Part shown: piece after piece, positions 29,150-39,098 of the stretch | How the letters are laid out: each line of letters starts with the position of its first letter | Position numbering within the stretch: position 1 is the stretch's first letter | NCBI GenBank assembly: GCA_051252375.1 | Contig: JBPOFY010000007.1 | Location: 103,843 to 167,842 of the forward strand | Length of the DNA: 64,000 bases | Source: Opitutaceae bacterium | GTDB lineage: Bacteria > Verrucomicrobiota > Verrucomicrobiia > Opitutales > Coraliomargaritaceae | Direction of reading: 5' to 3' | Notes under the pieces: model-generated | What the model was told of the DNA's origin: nothing | Databases searched by the model: none | What the model saw: only the letters and a program-made list of their open reading frames with translations | Made by a program: the position numbers and the translations under genes

Positions 29150-29166
29150 TCGATTTTCTATTTCTC

Positions 29167-29199
29167 AAAAAGCCGAGGGCTAATGCTCTCGGCTTTTTT
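29167..29199 (+). terminator. Intrinsic (probably bidirectional) terminator of the nuo operon
   Basis: aaaaa gccgagggc taat gctctcggc tttttt. Confidence 0.88.
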
Positions 29200-29306
29200 G
29201 TATCTACAAGAATACACTGAAACTGATCCAAGGGCGTATTGAATATGTTACGTCTGCTACCTGATGAGTGCGTCAAGCCATTCGTAACTGTTGCAGAATC
29301 AGATCG

Positions 29307-29501
29307 CTAGGCTTCTGTTTTGCTACTTTTCGCGAAGAGCTTCTTGAGCAGAAGGTAAACGACGGCGACTAGAAGGATGCCGGCGGCGATCATGACGCCG
29401 GGGCATAACCCCGTTGCGCATGTGCTACAGCTGCTGCACGCGTCATCGGTTGGACAGACGTGGATTTCGGTTTCAGTGGGGGTAGTTGGTAGTTCTTCCA
29501 T
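29307..29501 (-). CDS. Small Cys-rich single-TM protein
   Basis: 64 aa; CPTDDACSSCSTCATGLCPG, then a hydrophobic helix and Lys-rich tail; lies downstream of metY. Confidence 0.6.
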   Translation of the reverse strand: MEELPTTPTETEIHVCPTDDACSSCSTCATGLCPGVMIAAGILLVAVVYLLLKKLFAKSSKTEA

Positions 29502-29573
29502 AATATGTATCTCTTAGTGACAGCCATAAGAGCTTTAATCTCTTGGTCTATTCCAACTAAAACCGATTAATCT

Positions 29574-30881
29574 TTAAGCCCTCAGTGCTTGATCGAGGTC
29601 CGCAAGTAGATCTTCGATGTCTTCAATGCCAACAGATAGGCGAACAAAGTCTGGAGTGACCCCAGTTGACTGTTGTTGCGCTTCATCAAGTTGTTGGTGT
29701 GTCGTCGTAGCAGGGTGGATGGCCAATGATTTGGCATCGCCAATATTTGCGAGATGACTGAATAATTGGAGACTATCAATGAACTTGCGTCCAGAAGCGA
29801 GACCTCCTTTTAGACCAAAACCTACAAGCGCGCAGTATTTACCATCGTAGAAATACTTTTTAGCTGCTTCGTGATGCGGGCTGTCCGGTAGCCCCGGAAA
29901 GTTAACCCAACTGACTGCGTCGTGTCCTTTCAAGAATTCGGCGACCTTCAGTGCATTTTCGCAATGACGCTCCATGCGCAAGTGTAGCGTTTCGATTCCT
30001 TGAATGTGCAGGAATGAATTGAAAGGGGATGCGCAATTACCAGTATCACGAAGCCATTGCAGGCGCATCTTCATGATATAAGCGATGTTGGCGCCTCCGG
30101 CTGGTTCAAATGCCTTGAAAGCATCCCAATGCACTAGTCCGTGATAGCTCGGGTCCGGCTCAGTGAACTCGCTGAATCGTCCGCTACCCCAATCGAAGTT
30201 GCCACCATCGATGACAATCCCGCCAATGCTGGTGCCATGGCCGCCGAGGTATTTAGTCAGACTGTTCACCACGACATTCGCGCCGTGTTCAAGTGGACGG
30301 CAGACAGCAGGCGAGGCGACCGTGTTGTCGATGATCAGTGGAAGCTTTTCCTTTTTCGCGAGTGCTGAGATTTCTTCAAAAGGAAAGATATTCAGCTTCG
30401 GATTGCCGACGGTGTCGCCGTAAATAGCTTTTGTCTTCTCGTCGATTAAAGGAGCGAAGCTGGAAGGGTCTTCCGCGTTGGCAAAGCGCACCTCGATGCC
30501 GAGCTTAGGTAGGGTGTATTTAAACAGTGTGTATGTGCCGCCGTAGAGTTGAGCGGCGGAGACAATATTGTCTCCGGCTTGAGCGATGTTGAGAATGGCG
30601 CTGGTGATGGCGGCTTGACCACTTGCGTGTGCAAGACCGGCGACACCACCTTCAAGTGCTGCAACTCGTTTCTCCAGCACGTCAGTCGTGGGATTCATAA
30701 TACGGGTGTAGATGAATCCGAGTTCCTCTAGCCCAAATAGTTTTGCTGCATGATCTGTGTCGCGAAACATGTAGCTGGTAGTTTGGTAAATGGGCACTGC
30801 TCGTGAGCCAGTGGCTGCGTCAGGAGTATGCCCTGCATGTAGAGAGATTGTGCCGAAGCGAGGAGTGGGGTTGTTCTTCAT
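29574..30881 (-). CDS. metY: O-acetylhomoserine aminocarboxypropyltransferase (sulfhydrylase)
   Basis: [26 protein letters not shown] (PLP Lys), [18 protein letters not shown]. Confidence 0.92.
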   Translation of the reverse strand: MKNNPTPRFGTISLHAGHTPDAATGSRAVPIYQTTSYMFRDTDHAAKLFGLEELGFIYTRIMNPTTDVLEKRVAALEGGVAGLAHASGQAAITSAILNIAQAGDNIVSAAQLYGGTYTLFKYTLPKLGIEVRFANAEDPSSFAPLIDEKTKAIYGDTVGNPKLNIFPFEEISALAKKEKLPLIIDNTVASPAVCRPLEHGANVVVNSLTKYLGGHGTSIGGIVIDGGNFDWGSGRFSEFTEPDPSYHGLVHWDAFKAFEPAGGANIAYIMKMRLQWLRDTGNCASPFNSFLHIQGIETLHLRMERHCENALKVAEFLKGHDAVSWVNFPGLPDSPHHEAAKKYFYDGKYCALVGFGLKGGLASGRKFIDSLQLFSHLANIGDAKSLAIHPATTTHQQLDEAQQQSTGVTPDFVRLSVGIEDIEDLLADLDQALRA

Positions 30882-30908
30882 ATTGAGTATATATTAATAT
30901 TTAGATAA

Positions 30909-32528
30909 TCAGTCGGGTTTAATTCGTTCGCGAGCATTTGTGGCGTCCCAATAGAGACCTACTTTATCGTAGAATGCGGCAGCTTCTTCAAGGAAAGCAT
31001 TCCCTGGTTCTGTCTCACGAAGTATGCGCTTATACTCACGGACAGCATTGTTATTTTGACCTTCCTTGCTAAAAATACGAGCGAACATCATTCGTTCTTC
31101 TACGAGCTCTGGCTTTGCGGCTAAAATGGACTCTAACATGGTGATCTTATCTTCCGCTGTCATTAAATCGCTACCTGTTTCTTCGATACTTTTGATCAAT
31201 GCCGCCTTTGGAATCCAAGATTCCGGCCACTGCTCAGTCATGGACTGCCACATAAGAACGGGATGACCAGTGGTGTAAGCGTAGCTGCCAGTTATCACTA
31301 GTTGCACCAGCAGGAAGAATGAAAAGCCGAGACTCCACAGTGGTTTACCGAAGGGTCCCATTTGACGGGCAAGGGCTCCAGCACTGCAAATAATCAGTGC
31401 TATCATCGCAGGCAGCGCGACGTAGAGTCCGTGGTTTTCATGAGCCGCACTGTTGTCCAAGAAAACACCTGCCTGACTGATGCCATGCAAAACAAATAAC
31501 AGATAGGTCGTCACCCCTAACATCAGTGGGCGTGCCCATCGCTTACGCCAGTTAACTGCTGCCAGTATATAAAACGGAAGAAACAGGAAAAACGGCAGTA
31601 AGCTCATTTGAGCGCCGACACTGTAATCTTTATCATAAGTCATCGAATGGAAAAGTCCTAGGTCAAATGGAAATACTGCCTGCTTAATATGGAAGAACAT
31701 GTTTTCTCCAGCGACTTCAATTAACTCCATTGTATCCGGTGCTTCCCCTGCAATAGGCGCTGCGACGTGGTGTTGAGTCCACACTCCCAATAGAAGCGCG
31801 ATGCAAATCAAAGGAAGAACCCGATTAAAGGAATGCAAATGCAGCGAGTTCTTCTGCCATACTATGATCAGTGCGAAAACTACCGGAATGCCAATTGCTG
31901 CGGGGTGAACTGCGCATGCCATTGCGGTGAAAAATAACATCGTCCAGTAACCTGCTACTCCACGATTTCGAATACCAGCAAGTAGGGCAGACAAAATAAG
32001 AACTAAGCCAAGGAATTCCGTGCGATAACCCGGCCAGAAGAGGGGTTGAACCACAGCAGGGTGCAGCGCAAAAACCAGTGTGGCGGAATATGCGGCAGGC
32101 GCGTTCAGGCTCTCAAGGCACTTCAATAGAAGTAGTGCTGCGAGAATGTGTAAGATCAAATTAATCGACCGGTGAACTAACGGAGTGGGTAACGGCAATT
32201 TCTTCTCCAGGAAGTAACTGGTCAATATTATAGGATCATTGCCTCGAATAACTGAGTGCTGCCATGCATCTGTCCAACTATCCATGGACTCATACGCACT
32301 TCTTGCCGGCATATCGTAATCAGTCCAAAGCACGTTTGACTGTAACAGCGCAGCAAAGCACCCGACGATAAGGAGCACCATAAAAATACGGGCAAAGCGA
32401 CTGGCTGGCTTAAGCGGGGCAAGTTGCTTCGCTACGCGTTTCCTGATCTGGTTGTCTTTGTCCGCAGGCGGAAGAATCAAATCGCCTCTACGTGTCTGTA
32501 GCGGTTTAGGTATGTATTCTTCAGGCAT
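30909..32528 (-). CDS. Multi-TM protein with C-terminal TPR (TMTC/GT-C-like, divergent)
   Basis: NLILH..AALLL, FALHP motifs, about 11 TM segments, TPR-like tail. Confidence 0.65.
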   Translation of the reverse strand: MPEEYIPKPLQTRRGDLILPPADKDNQIRKRVAKQLAPLKPASRFARIFMVLLIVGCFAALLQSNVLWTDYDMPARSAYESMDSWTDAWQHSVIRGNDPIILTSYFLEKKLPLPTPLVHRSINLILHILAALLLLKCLESLNAPAAYSATLVFALHPAVVQPLFWPGYRTEFLGLVLILSALLAGIRNRGVAGYWTMLFFTAMACAVHPAAIGIPVVFALIIVWQKNSLHLHSFNRVLPLICIALLLGVWTQHHVAAPIAGEAPDTMELIEVAGENMFFHIKQAVFPFDLGLFHSMTYDKDYSVGAQMSLLPFFLFLPFYILAAVNWRKRWARPLMLGVTTYLLFVLHGISQAGVFLDNSAAHENHGLYVALPAMIALIICSAGALARQMGPFGKPLWSLGFSFFLLVQLVITGSYAYTTGHPVLMWQSMTEQWPESWIPKAALIKSIEETGSDLMTAEDKITMLESILAAKPELVEERMMFARIFSKEGQNNNAVREYKRILRETEPGNAFLEEAAAFYDKVGLYWDATNARERIKPD

Positions 32529-33046
32529 TATTTCGTATCGAGCAAGTATGCGTTTGGCTTAACTCCACGTTGTAGAATCGCCTCGCGAAGCTGTTCAAGG
32601 TCGAGAGTAGAATTCAGCTGTATTTGATTACGTGCAAACCATCCTTGATTCATTTCAACAGCAAATAAAACATTTCGACTATAAGATGGAACAGCAGTTT
32701 CGTCGTAAGGGTAGAGCGCATGAACCTCCAAAAGTTTTCCATTGGCATCGAAAAATCCGATATCCAGAGGAATGCGTGTATTCTTCATCCAAAAGCTTTG
32801 CGGGCCTGGCGAATCAAACACGAAAATCATGCCATGATCCAAATCCATCGACGTTCGATTCATTAAGCCTTGTTGTGATTCAGCTTTATTGAGTGCGAGT
32901 TGCAAGTAGGTCGTCTTTTCGCCAATATTTATTGGAAAATAGGTGCTGGCCGGTTCTACGATTTTAGATACTGGCTCCGGCGAGCAGCCAACGAATAAGA
33001 AAAGTATCCAACCTAAGGGAAGGAGGCTGCGGTAGAAAGTTTTCAT
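32528..33046 (-). CDS. DUF192 family lipoprotein
   Basis: Lipobox-like FVGC; GLM.R....GMIFVF....FWMKNT.IPLDI. Confidence 0.88.
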   Translation of the reverse strand: MKTFYRSLLPLGWILFLFVGCSPEPVSKIVEPASTYFPINIGEKTTYLQLALNKAESQQGLMNRTSMDLDHGMIFVFDSPGPQSFWMKNTRIPLDIGFFDANGKLLEVHALYPYDETAVPSYSRNVLFAVEMNQGWFARNQIQLNSTLDLEQLREAILQRGVKPNAYLLDTK

Positions 33047-33118
33047 ATTATTAGAAACAGTATCGATAGGGGCGTGACAGTTGTCGATGCACTGACAAGA
33101 GTGATAGCGCAATCTGAC

Positions 33119-34267
33119 ATGATGAAAAGTAAATCCTCAGTAATTCGCTTCCTTTATGCCGCGTCCGAGCAATCGGCCGACGTGTTTTACCTATCCGGTG
33201 TTTTTGTGCCGGACCCATACTTATCAATGGTGGTTTCCGGGCGGTCTTACGCCGTTGTGAATCGTTTGGAGTATGGTCGGGTGAAAGCTTCATCAAAGTA
33301 TGACGAAGTGTTTTTACAAGAAAGCGTCCATCAGGAGGCTGCTAAAAGGCTGAAACTGCCAGTAGGGTCGATCGGACCAGCTGAATACATGCTGTATTTT
33401 GTTAAGGTGTATAAAGCCAAGTTAGTTGAGGTGCCTTCCAGTTTCCCTGCTGTTTATTATGCGAAACTTCGCGATGCCGGACTAAAAGTAGTCATCGGCG
33501 CAGAACCCTTTTTTCCTGCCCGCGAATTGAAAACGGATGAAGAAGCAAAAGCGATTCGCCTAGGCAATGCGGCCAGTGCTGCCGGTATCCGCGCGGCTGA
33601 GCATGTCTTACGTGCATCAAAGATCGCGGGTAAACGCGTGCTTTTCGAAGGCACGACACTGACTTCCGAGCGTTTACGCACGATCATTGATCAAGCCTGT
33701 CTGGGCAAAGGTGCCGTGGCGCAGCATACAATTGTCGCAGGTGGCAAGCAGGGCTGTGACCCACACGAAGGCGGGCATGGACCGCTTAAGCCCAATGAAT
33801 TGATCATCGTGGATGTGTTTCCGCGGGTGCAAAAGACCGGCTATCACGGCGATATGACACGCACCTTTCTAAAAGGGAAAGCCAATGACGCGCAGCGAGC
33901 ACTCGTCGCTGCCGTAAGAGATGCTCAACTGGCTGCCATCGCGAAAGTCAAAGCCGGCATCAGCGGTGCGAGCGTCCATAAGGCGGCAAGTGATGTTTTT
34001 GAAGCACGTGGTTTCCCAACCGAGCGCAGGGGCGACGGCTTTGTCGGTTTCATTCATTCCACTGGCCATGGTCTAGGCTTGGAAGTGCATGAGCAACCGC
34101 GGGTGTCTCCCAACGCTGGTCGCTTGCGCTCTGGTCATGTGATTACAATCGAGCCAGGTCTGTATTATCCCGAAATCGGTGGCTGTCGTATTGAAGATGT
34201 CGTCCGAGTCACCAAGGACGCCAGTGAGTTGCTATCTCCCTGCCACTATCGCTGGGAATTGAAGTAG
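33119..34267 (+). CDS. Xaa-Pro aminopeptidase / M24 peptidase
   Basis: GYHGDMTRTF, HSTGHGLGLEVHE, TIEPGLY, RIED. Confidence 0.92.
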   Translation: MMKSKSSVIRFLYAASEQSADVFYLSGVFVPDPYLSMVVSGRSYAVVNRLEYGRVKASSKYDEVFLQESVHQEAAKRLKLPVGSIGPAEYMLYFVKVYKAKLVEVPSSFPAVYYAKLRDAGLKVVIGAEPFFPARELKTDEEAKAIRLGNAASAAGIRAAEHVLRASKIAGKRVLFEGTTLTSERLRTIIDQACLGKGAVAQHTIVAGGKQGCDPHEGGHGPLKPNELIIVDVFPRVQKTGYHGDMTRTFLKGKANDAQRALVAAVRDAQLAAIAKVKAGISGASVHKAASDVFEARGFPTERRGDGFVGFIHSTGHGLGLEVHEQPRVSPNAGRLRSGHVITIEPGLYYPEIGGCRIEDVVRVTKDASELLSPCHYRWELK

Positions 34268-34268
34268 G

Positions 34269-36047
34269 CTACATCCGCTCCAGCGGCGTGATGCCGAGGA
34301 GTTCGAGACCGGTCTTCAAAACCGTGCGTGTGCGAGCGCAGAGGATCAGACGACGGGCTTTAACGGCTGTGTCGTCGACCATAACCTTGTCAGCATTGTA
34401 GAAACTGCTGTAGGCGCTGGTCAGTTCGTAGAGGTAAGTGCACAAGAAGTGCGGGCGCAAATCGTTGACGGTCAGTTCCAGTGCTGTGACGAAGCCCATG
34501 AGCTTACGGGCCAGCACTTGTTCAGCCTCGGTTTCGATTGGTGATGCACCTTCGATGGATGCCTCAGGGTCGACGCCGACTTTGCGAAAGATACTGTTAA
34601 TGCGTGCTACTGCGTAGAGTAGGTATGGCGCGGTGTTACCTTCGAAGCTCAACAGGCGATCCCAACTGAATACATAGTCCTGCGTGCGGTTCGATGACAG
34701 GTCTGCGTATTTGATAGCTCCGATCCCAATAGACTCGGCGATATTGCGACGCTCAGCCTCTTCGAGTTCCGGATTCTTTTCGGTGACCACGTCGAAAGCG
34801 CGACTGCGCGCCTCGTCGAGTAGTTCTTGTAGTTTGATGGATTCGCCTGACTTCGTTTTGAACGGCTTTTTATCGGATCCAAGAATAGTGCCCCAGAAGA
34901 CATGATTCATTTCAGGGAGCGGGTAGCTCTTGGATTTGAACCACTTTTCAGTAGTGAGGAAAAGTTGTTGGAAGTGATCCTGCTGACGGGCATCGGTTAA
35001 ATAGACGATCTCTTCCGCTCCTAATTCTTCGACACGGTAGAGCACGGTGGCCAGATCGGTCGAGGCGTAGTTACTCGCGCCATCACTCTTGCGAATATTG
35101 AAGGGGTAGGGGCGCTCGTTATCGCGAGCGAATTTTTTCACTTCATCATGCCAGACGACGAGCGCGCCATCGCTTTCCTCAGCAAGACCGATTTCTGTCA
35201 GTTCTTGGTAGATACGTTCAACTTTATCGCGGTAGAAGGACTCGCCGAGAGTGATGTCCACTTCGACACCCATCTGCACAAAGAGCTTGTCGAAGGCAAC
35301 TTTCGAAATCTCTACAATCTGCTCCCAGATCGCAGTATTCCCCGGATCGCCGTTCTGTAGGAGGACGAGCTCGTTGCGAGATATGTCGCGAAGCTCCGGT
35401 TGCTCTGTTTCGAGTGCGCTGCCGTCTTTGTAAAGCTGGTCGAGCGTCACGAGTGCGTCGTCACCAAGTTGGCTGAGGTCGATGCCGTCGCGTTTGATCT
35501 TCATGATCAAGGTGCCAAAATTTGTGCCCCAATCGCCGATATGGTTGTCGCGGGTGAGGTCGGCTCCGCAGAAATCTAAGAGTCGGGCGATTGCTTGACC
35601 AATGACCATTGGGCGCAAATGCCCAATATGCGCCTGCTTTGCGGTGTTCGCGCTCGGATAGTCAATGACCACTTTACGGCCATTTTTTAGTTCTTTGGCA
35701 CCACTGCGGTAGTCCTCAGTCTTGGAGAAGTCCAATTGCCACTGCCAAATAAAGGCGTTCGAGAGCTTGAAATTGATAAAACCGGGTCCCGCGATGGATA
35801 ATGTCACCAGATCCGGGGCAAAACGCCCCGATGCGATGGCCGCATCGATGAGTCGTTGCGCCAACTCGCGGGGATTTGCTTGGTTGCGCTTTGCGTAGCC
35901 CAGCACGCCATTGGCTTGGTAGTCTCCAAACTTCGGATCCGCAGGTCGGACACCGGGCACGAAATCGGGCCCGAAGCCTTCAGTTTGGGCTGCGATAGCA
36001 GTGAGTTCGCTTTCAATTGCTTTGGATGGATTGAACCAGACCTTCAT
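34269..36047 (-). CDS. argS: Arginine--tRNA ligase
   Basis: GDYQAN, GPGFINF, HIGH, GDWG, GNTAPYLLYA. Confidence 0.96.
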   Translation of the reverse strand: MKVWFNPSKAIESELTAIAAQTEGFGPDFVPGVRPADPKFGDYQANGVLGYAKRNQANPRELAQRLIDAAIASGRFAPDLVTLSIAGPGFINFKLSNAFIWQWQLDFSKTEDYRSGAKELKNGRKVVIDYPSANTAKQAHIGHLRPMVIGQAIARLLDFCGADLTRDNHIGDWGTNFGTLIMKIKRDGIDLSQLGDDALVTLDQLYKDGSALETEQPELRDISRNELVLLQNGDPGNTAIWEQIVEISKVAFDKLFVQMGVEVDITLGESFYRDKVERIYQELTEIGLAEESDGALVVWHDEVKKFARDNERPYPFNIRKSDGASNYASTDLATVLYRVEELGAEEIVYLTDARQQDHFQQLFLTTEKWFKSKSYPLPEMNHVFWGTILGSDKKPFKTKSGESIKLQELLDEARSRAFDVVTEKNPELEEAERRNIAESIGIGAIKYADLSSNRTQDYVFSWDRLLSFEGNTAPYLLYAVARINSIFRKVGVDPEASIEGASPIETEAEQVLARKLMGFVTALELTVNDLRPHFLCTYLYELTSAYSSFYNADKVMVDDTAVKARRLILCARTRTVLKTGLELLGITPLERM

Positions 36048-36259
36048 GCGCCAAAGGGAAGAAGCTAGTGAGGGTGGGTCAAGCTATCGTTTTACCGATG
36101 GACCATTTTTGGCAAATTTAGGCACTTTTCCTTATGCTCTATAACGTTTAATTGTGCAGCAGTCTGCATTTTAGGCTCGACAAATGGGGCGAAAATACTG
36201 ATACATAAAGGTTTATGCCGCCGAGCGGCCCACAATCCATAGACCAATACACTCATTTA

Positions 36260-37594
36260 ATGAGAAAGAAAATTATAAGCGCACGTAAGTTCATTAAACC
36301 CTCATTTAGCTATCTGATTGAAAAGAAGCGCGATGGAGGGGAATTCTCCGACGAGGAGATTCGCTATATCGTTGATTCGATTTTAGACGAGGAACTCCCA
36401 GATTTTCAATTAGCTGCCCTAGTGATGGCCATCTATTTCCAGAACATGTCGGCTCAAGAGACCGCTGTTTTTGCGGAGGAATTGATGCTGTCCGGTGAAG
36501 TGATTGATTTAACCGGCATTTCACGTCCGAAAATCGACAAGTATTCGACCGGTGGTGTTGGAGATAAAACGACACTAGTCCTTGCGCCTCTGGCTGCTGC
36601 ATGTGGCGTCGTGATGCCTACTATGAATGGTGTCGATGAGGAACATGTGATCAGTAACTTAGATAAACTGTCTTCAATTCCTGGCTTCAACCCGGTTTTA
36701 GATCTAAAGGGCTTCAAGGCACAATTGAAGTCAGTCGGCTGCACGTTCATCACTCAAGACCCTGAAATCGCACCAGTTGATACAATTCTCTACAAACTCC
36801 GTCAGCAAACTGGCACAATCCCCAGCTTACCGCTCATCACCGGTTCGGTGCTTAGCCGAAAACTGGCTGAGGGTGCAGAAGGTTTGGTCATCGACGTCAA
36901 GTGGGGCAATGGTTCTTTCATCAAGGATGTTGAGCAAGCTAAGCAATTAGCACGATCAATCACTCGTGTTGGCCGCTCAATGAAACGTCGCTGCGTGGCA
37001 CTCGTCACCGACATGAATCAACCTTTGGGTGATACTGTAGGCACAGCACTTGAGATCAAAGAAGCCATTCAACTGCTCAATGGCGAAGGCCCTGAGGATC
37101 TTCAAGAATTGGTTCTGAAGCTAGGTATGGAAATTGTTCGCCTTGCAGGTGTTGCGGGTTCGACTCTTTCTGCAAAGCAAACGGTCCAACGCCACCTTCG
37201 CGATGGTTCAGCACTTCAAAAGTTTAAGGATATGGTCAAAGCACAAGGAGGTGACACTTCTGTGATTGATGACCCGGACAAGTTCCCAACCGCTAAGCAC
37301 GTCCGCAAGTTGCCTGCTCCGAAACGTGGCTATGTCCACACGATCAACGCAGGTCTCATTGCAGAAGGTGTCCAGAAACTGGCCATCATGAAAAACGGTA
37401 AATATGACCCAGCTGTTGGTGTTTCTGAAATCAAGAAAGTCGGCACACAAGTTAAGCAGGGTGAGCCACTAATGATGATTCACTACAACGATGAAGCTAA
37501 AATGGAAGAAGCGTTGGAGTATCTCAAGACCGCTTACCGTTTAGCTCCGAAGCGTCCAAATCCGCCAGAGCTTATCGTAGAACGTGTAGCGTAA
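36260..37594 (+). CDS. Thymidine/pyrimidine-nucleoside phosphorylase homologue with degenerate phosphate site
   Basis: KKRDG..S.EEI, STGGVGDK, DKL.SIPGF, DVK.G.G.F, TDMNQPLG all present; His and phosphate-loop residues substituted. Confidence 0.82.
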   Translation: MRKKIISARKFIKPSFSYLIEKKRDGGEFSDEEIRYIVDSILDEELPDFQLAALVMAIYFQNMSAQETAVFAEELMLSGEVIDLTGISRPKIDKYSTGGVGDKTTLVLAPLAAACGVVMPTMNGVDEEHVISNLDKLSSIPGFNPVLDLKGFKAQLKSVGCTFITQDPEIAPVDTILYKLRQQTGTIPSLPLITGSVLSRKLAEGAEGLVIDVKWGNGSFIKDVEQAKQLARSITRVGRSMKRRCVALVTDMNQPLGDTVGTALEIKEAIQLLNGEGPEDLQELVLKLGMEIVRLAGVAGSTLSAKQTVQRHLRDGSALQKFKDMVKAQGGDTSVIDDPDKFPTAKHVRKLPAPKRGYVHTINAGLIAEGVQKLAIMKNGKYDPAVGVSEIKKVGTQVKQGEPLMMIHYNDEAKMEEALEYLKTAYRLAPKRPNPPELIVERVA

Positions 37595-37616
37595 GCGACA
37601 TAGTCACTATTATTTC

Positions 37617-37651
37617 AAAAGCCTCGACTGGTATCCGGTTGAGGCTTTTTT
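37617..37651. terminator. Bidirectional intrinsic terminator
   Basis: aaaa gcctcgactgg tat ccggttgaggc tttttt between convergent genes. Confidence 0.85.
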
Positions 37652-37673
37652 ATGCACCCAGAGAACTAGTGAA

Positions 37674-38960
37674 CTACATCGAAAGCGTTTTACTGACTTG
37701 GAATACACTGGTGACGATGCCGATCGCAATGAGCGCAACGAGACAAAAGGCAAAGAGTAGGGCGCCCGTAGCCACGATATTAGTCAATGCTGTCAAGCGC
37801 TTGGTCAGTTCGACACGAAAACCTTTTGTGATTTCCTCCATGCTATGAGCCAGGTTGCCCGTATTCTCACCAACACTTAGAATATCTACCGCCAAGTCAG
37901 GCATGTAACCATTGCGCTTGAAAGCTTGTGCGACAGAAAGGCCTTCATTGACTTGCCCTCTGGATACATTGAACCGTTCCCTTAACTCAGTGTTCTTAAT
38001 CGTTCGCTCGGTAAGCCGTAGCGTTTCTGTCGTATTAATTCCACTTTCCAAAAGTGTGCTGACTAGATTGCATGATTGGAAGAGATCCGAGTAATAGAAG
38101 ATTTTCCCAATGAGCGGAATTTTCAATGCCCAGCTATCAGTCGCCTTCAGTCCTTTTGGAGATGCGCGCCATTTTTGCACGCCAATCACGCCAAATATCA
38201 CAGCTATAATAATAAACGGTCCGAACTTAAGTAGATAATCTGAACCATCTATTAGAATGCGCGCACTCATGGTCATTTCACCGCCGAGTTTATTGAGCAT
38301 ACTCTGAATCTCTGGCAACAGAACGAGCAGGAAGATGACAACTACGATAAACGCGACGCAGCAAATAAATGCGGGGTAAGCCATACTCGTGATTACTTTT
38401 TGACGTATCGCTTGTTTCTCTTCGAGGTAATCAATGACCTTTCGCAAAATTGGAGCAAGGCTGCCTGTTGCTTCACCTGCTTCGATCACATATGTAATTG
38501 AGCCGGAATAATACTTCGGTTGGCGAGAGAGCGCCGATGCGAGCGTGTGCCCCTCACTTAGGTCCCGCCAGAGAGCATTGGCGAGTTGCTTTTGCTCGGG
38601 GTCGCTGAGTCGCTGACTAAGGATGCGAATAGAGTCACCAATAGGTAGACCTGAGCCGTGCAATTCCATCAGTCGCTTGAGGAAAGTCAGTCCGATGCGT
38701 TCACGCTTAGGGCTTTTCCCTTTAGCGACAGAATCGCTGCTTGTTGCACTCGTTGAGCTCTTTTTCTCTTTAAGCAGGGAAAGCTTGTTGCTGATCGCTT
38801 GAAAAGGGGATGCCTTTTTGTTCTTAGAAACCTTGAGGGTGATCGGGCTTAAGCCCTGTTCCTGTAGGCGAAGCGTAGCTTGCCGGCGATCAGGGGCGTC
38901 GATCATTCCGGTGATTATTTGGCCGTCTTTCTGGCGTGCTTTATAATCAAAGTCGGGCAT
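37674..38960 (-). CDS. Type II secretion / type IV pilus platform protein (GspF/PilC family)
   Basis: MPDFDYKA..DG, GEATGSL, MAYPAF, GENTGNL; two T2SSF domains. Confidence 0.88.
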   Translation of the reverse strand: MPDFDYKARQKDGQIITGMIDAPDRRQATLRLQEQGLSPITLKVSKNKKASPFQAISNKLSLLKEKKSSTSATSSDSVAKGKSPKRERIGLTFLKRLMELHGSGLPIGDSIRILSQRLSDPEQKQLANALWRDLSEGHTLASALSRQPKYYSGSITYVIEAGEATGSLAPILRKVIDYLEEKQAIRQKVITSMAYPAFICCVAFIVVVIFLLVLLPEIQSMLNKLGGEMTMSARILIDGSDYLLKFGPFIIIAVIFGVIGVQKWRASPKGLKATDSWALKIPLIGKIFYYSDLFQSCNLVSTLLESGINTTETLRLTERTIKNTELRERFNVSRGQVNEGLSVAQAFKRNGYMPDLAVDILSVGENTGNLAHSMEEITKGFRVELTKRLTALTNIVATGALLFAFCLVALIAIGIVTSVFQVSKTLSM

Positions 38961-39098
38961 ATGGTGTGCTCAGATGTGAAACGATATGAAGGTAGAGTCG
39001 ATGTTTTTTAATCTTAAACCTTTATTTGGAACAAAAGGAACCACTTGCCATCTGTAGGCGAATCCTTTCTTAATATTTAGGTCAGTTTTTAATACCTA

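Noticed and set aside
29245..29295. Hammerhead-like CTGATGAG preceded by GTC
   Set aside because: No GAAA core (gtaac instead) and stem I cannot form.
30882..30908. SAM riboswitch or T-box upstream of metY
   Set aside because: The intergenic gap is only 27 nt and AT-rich, leaving no room.
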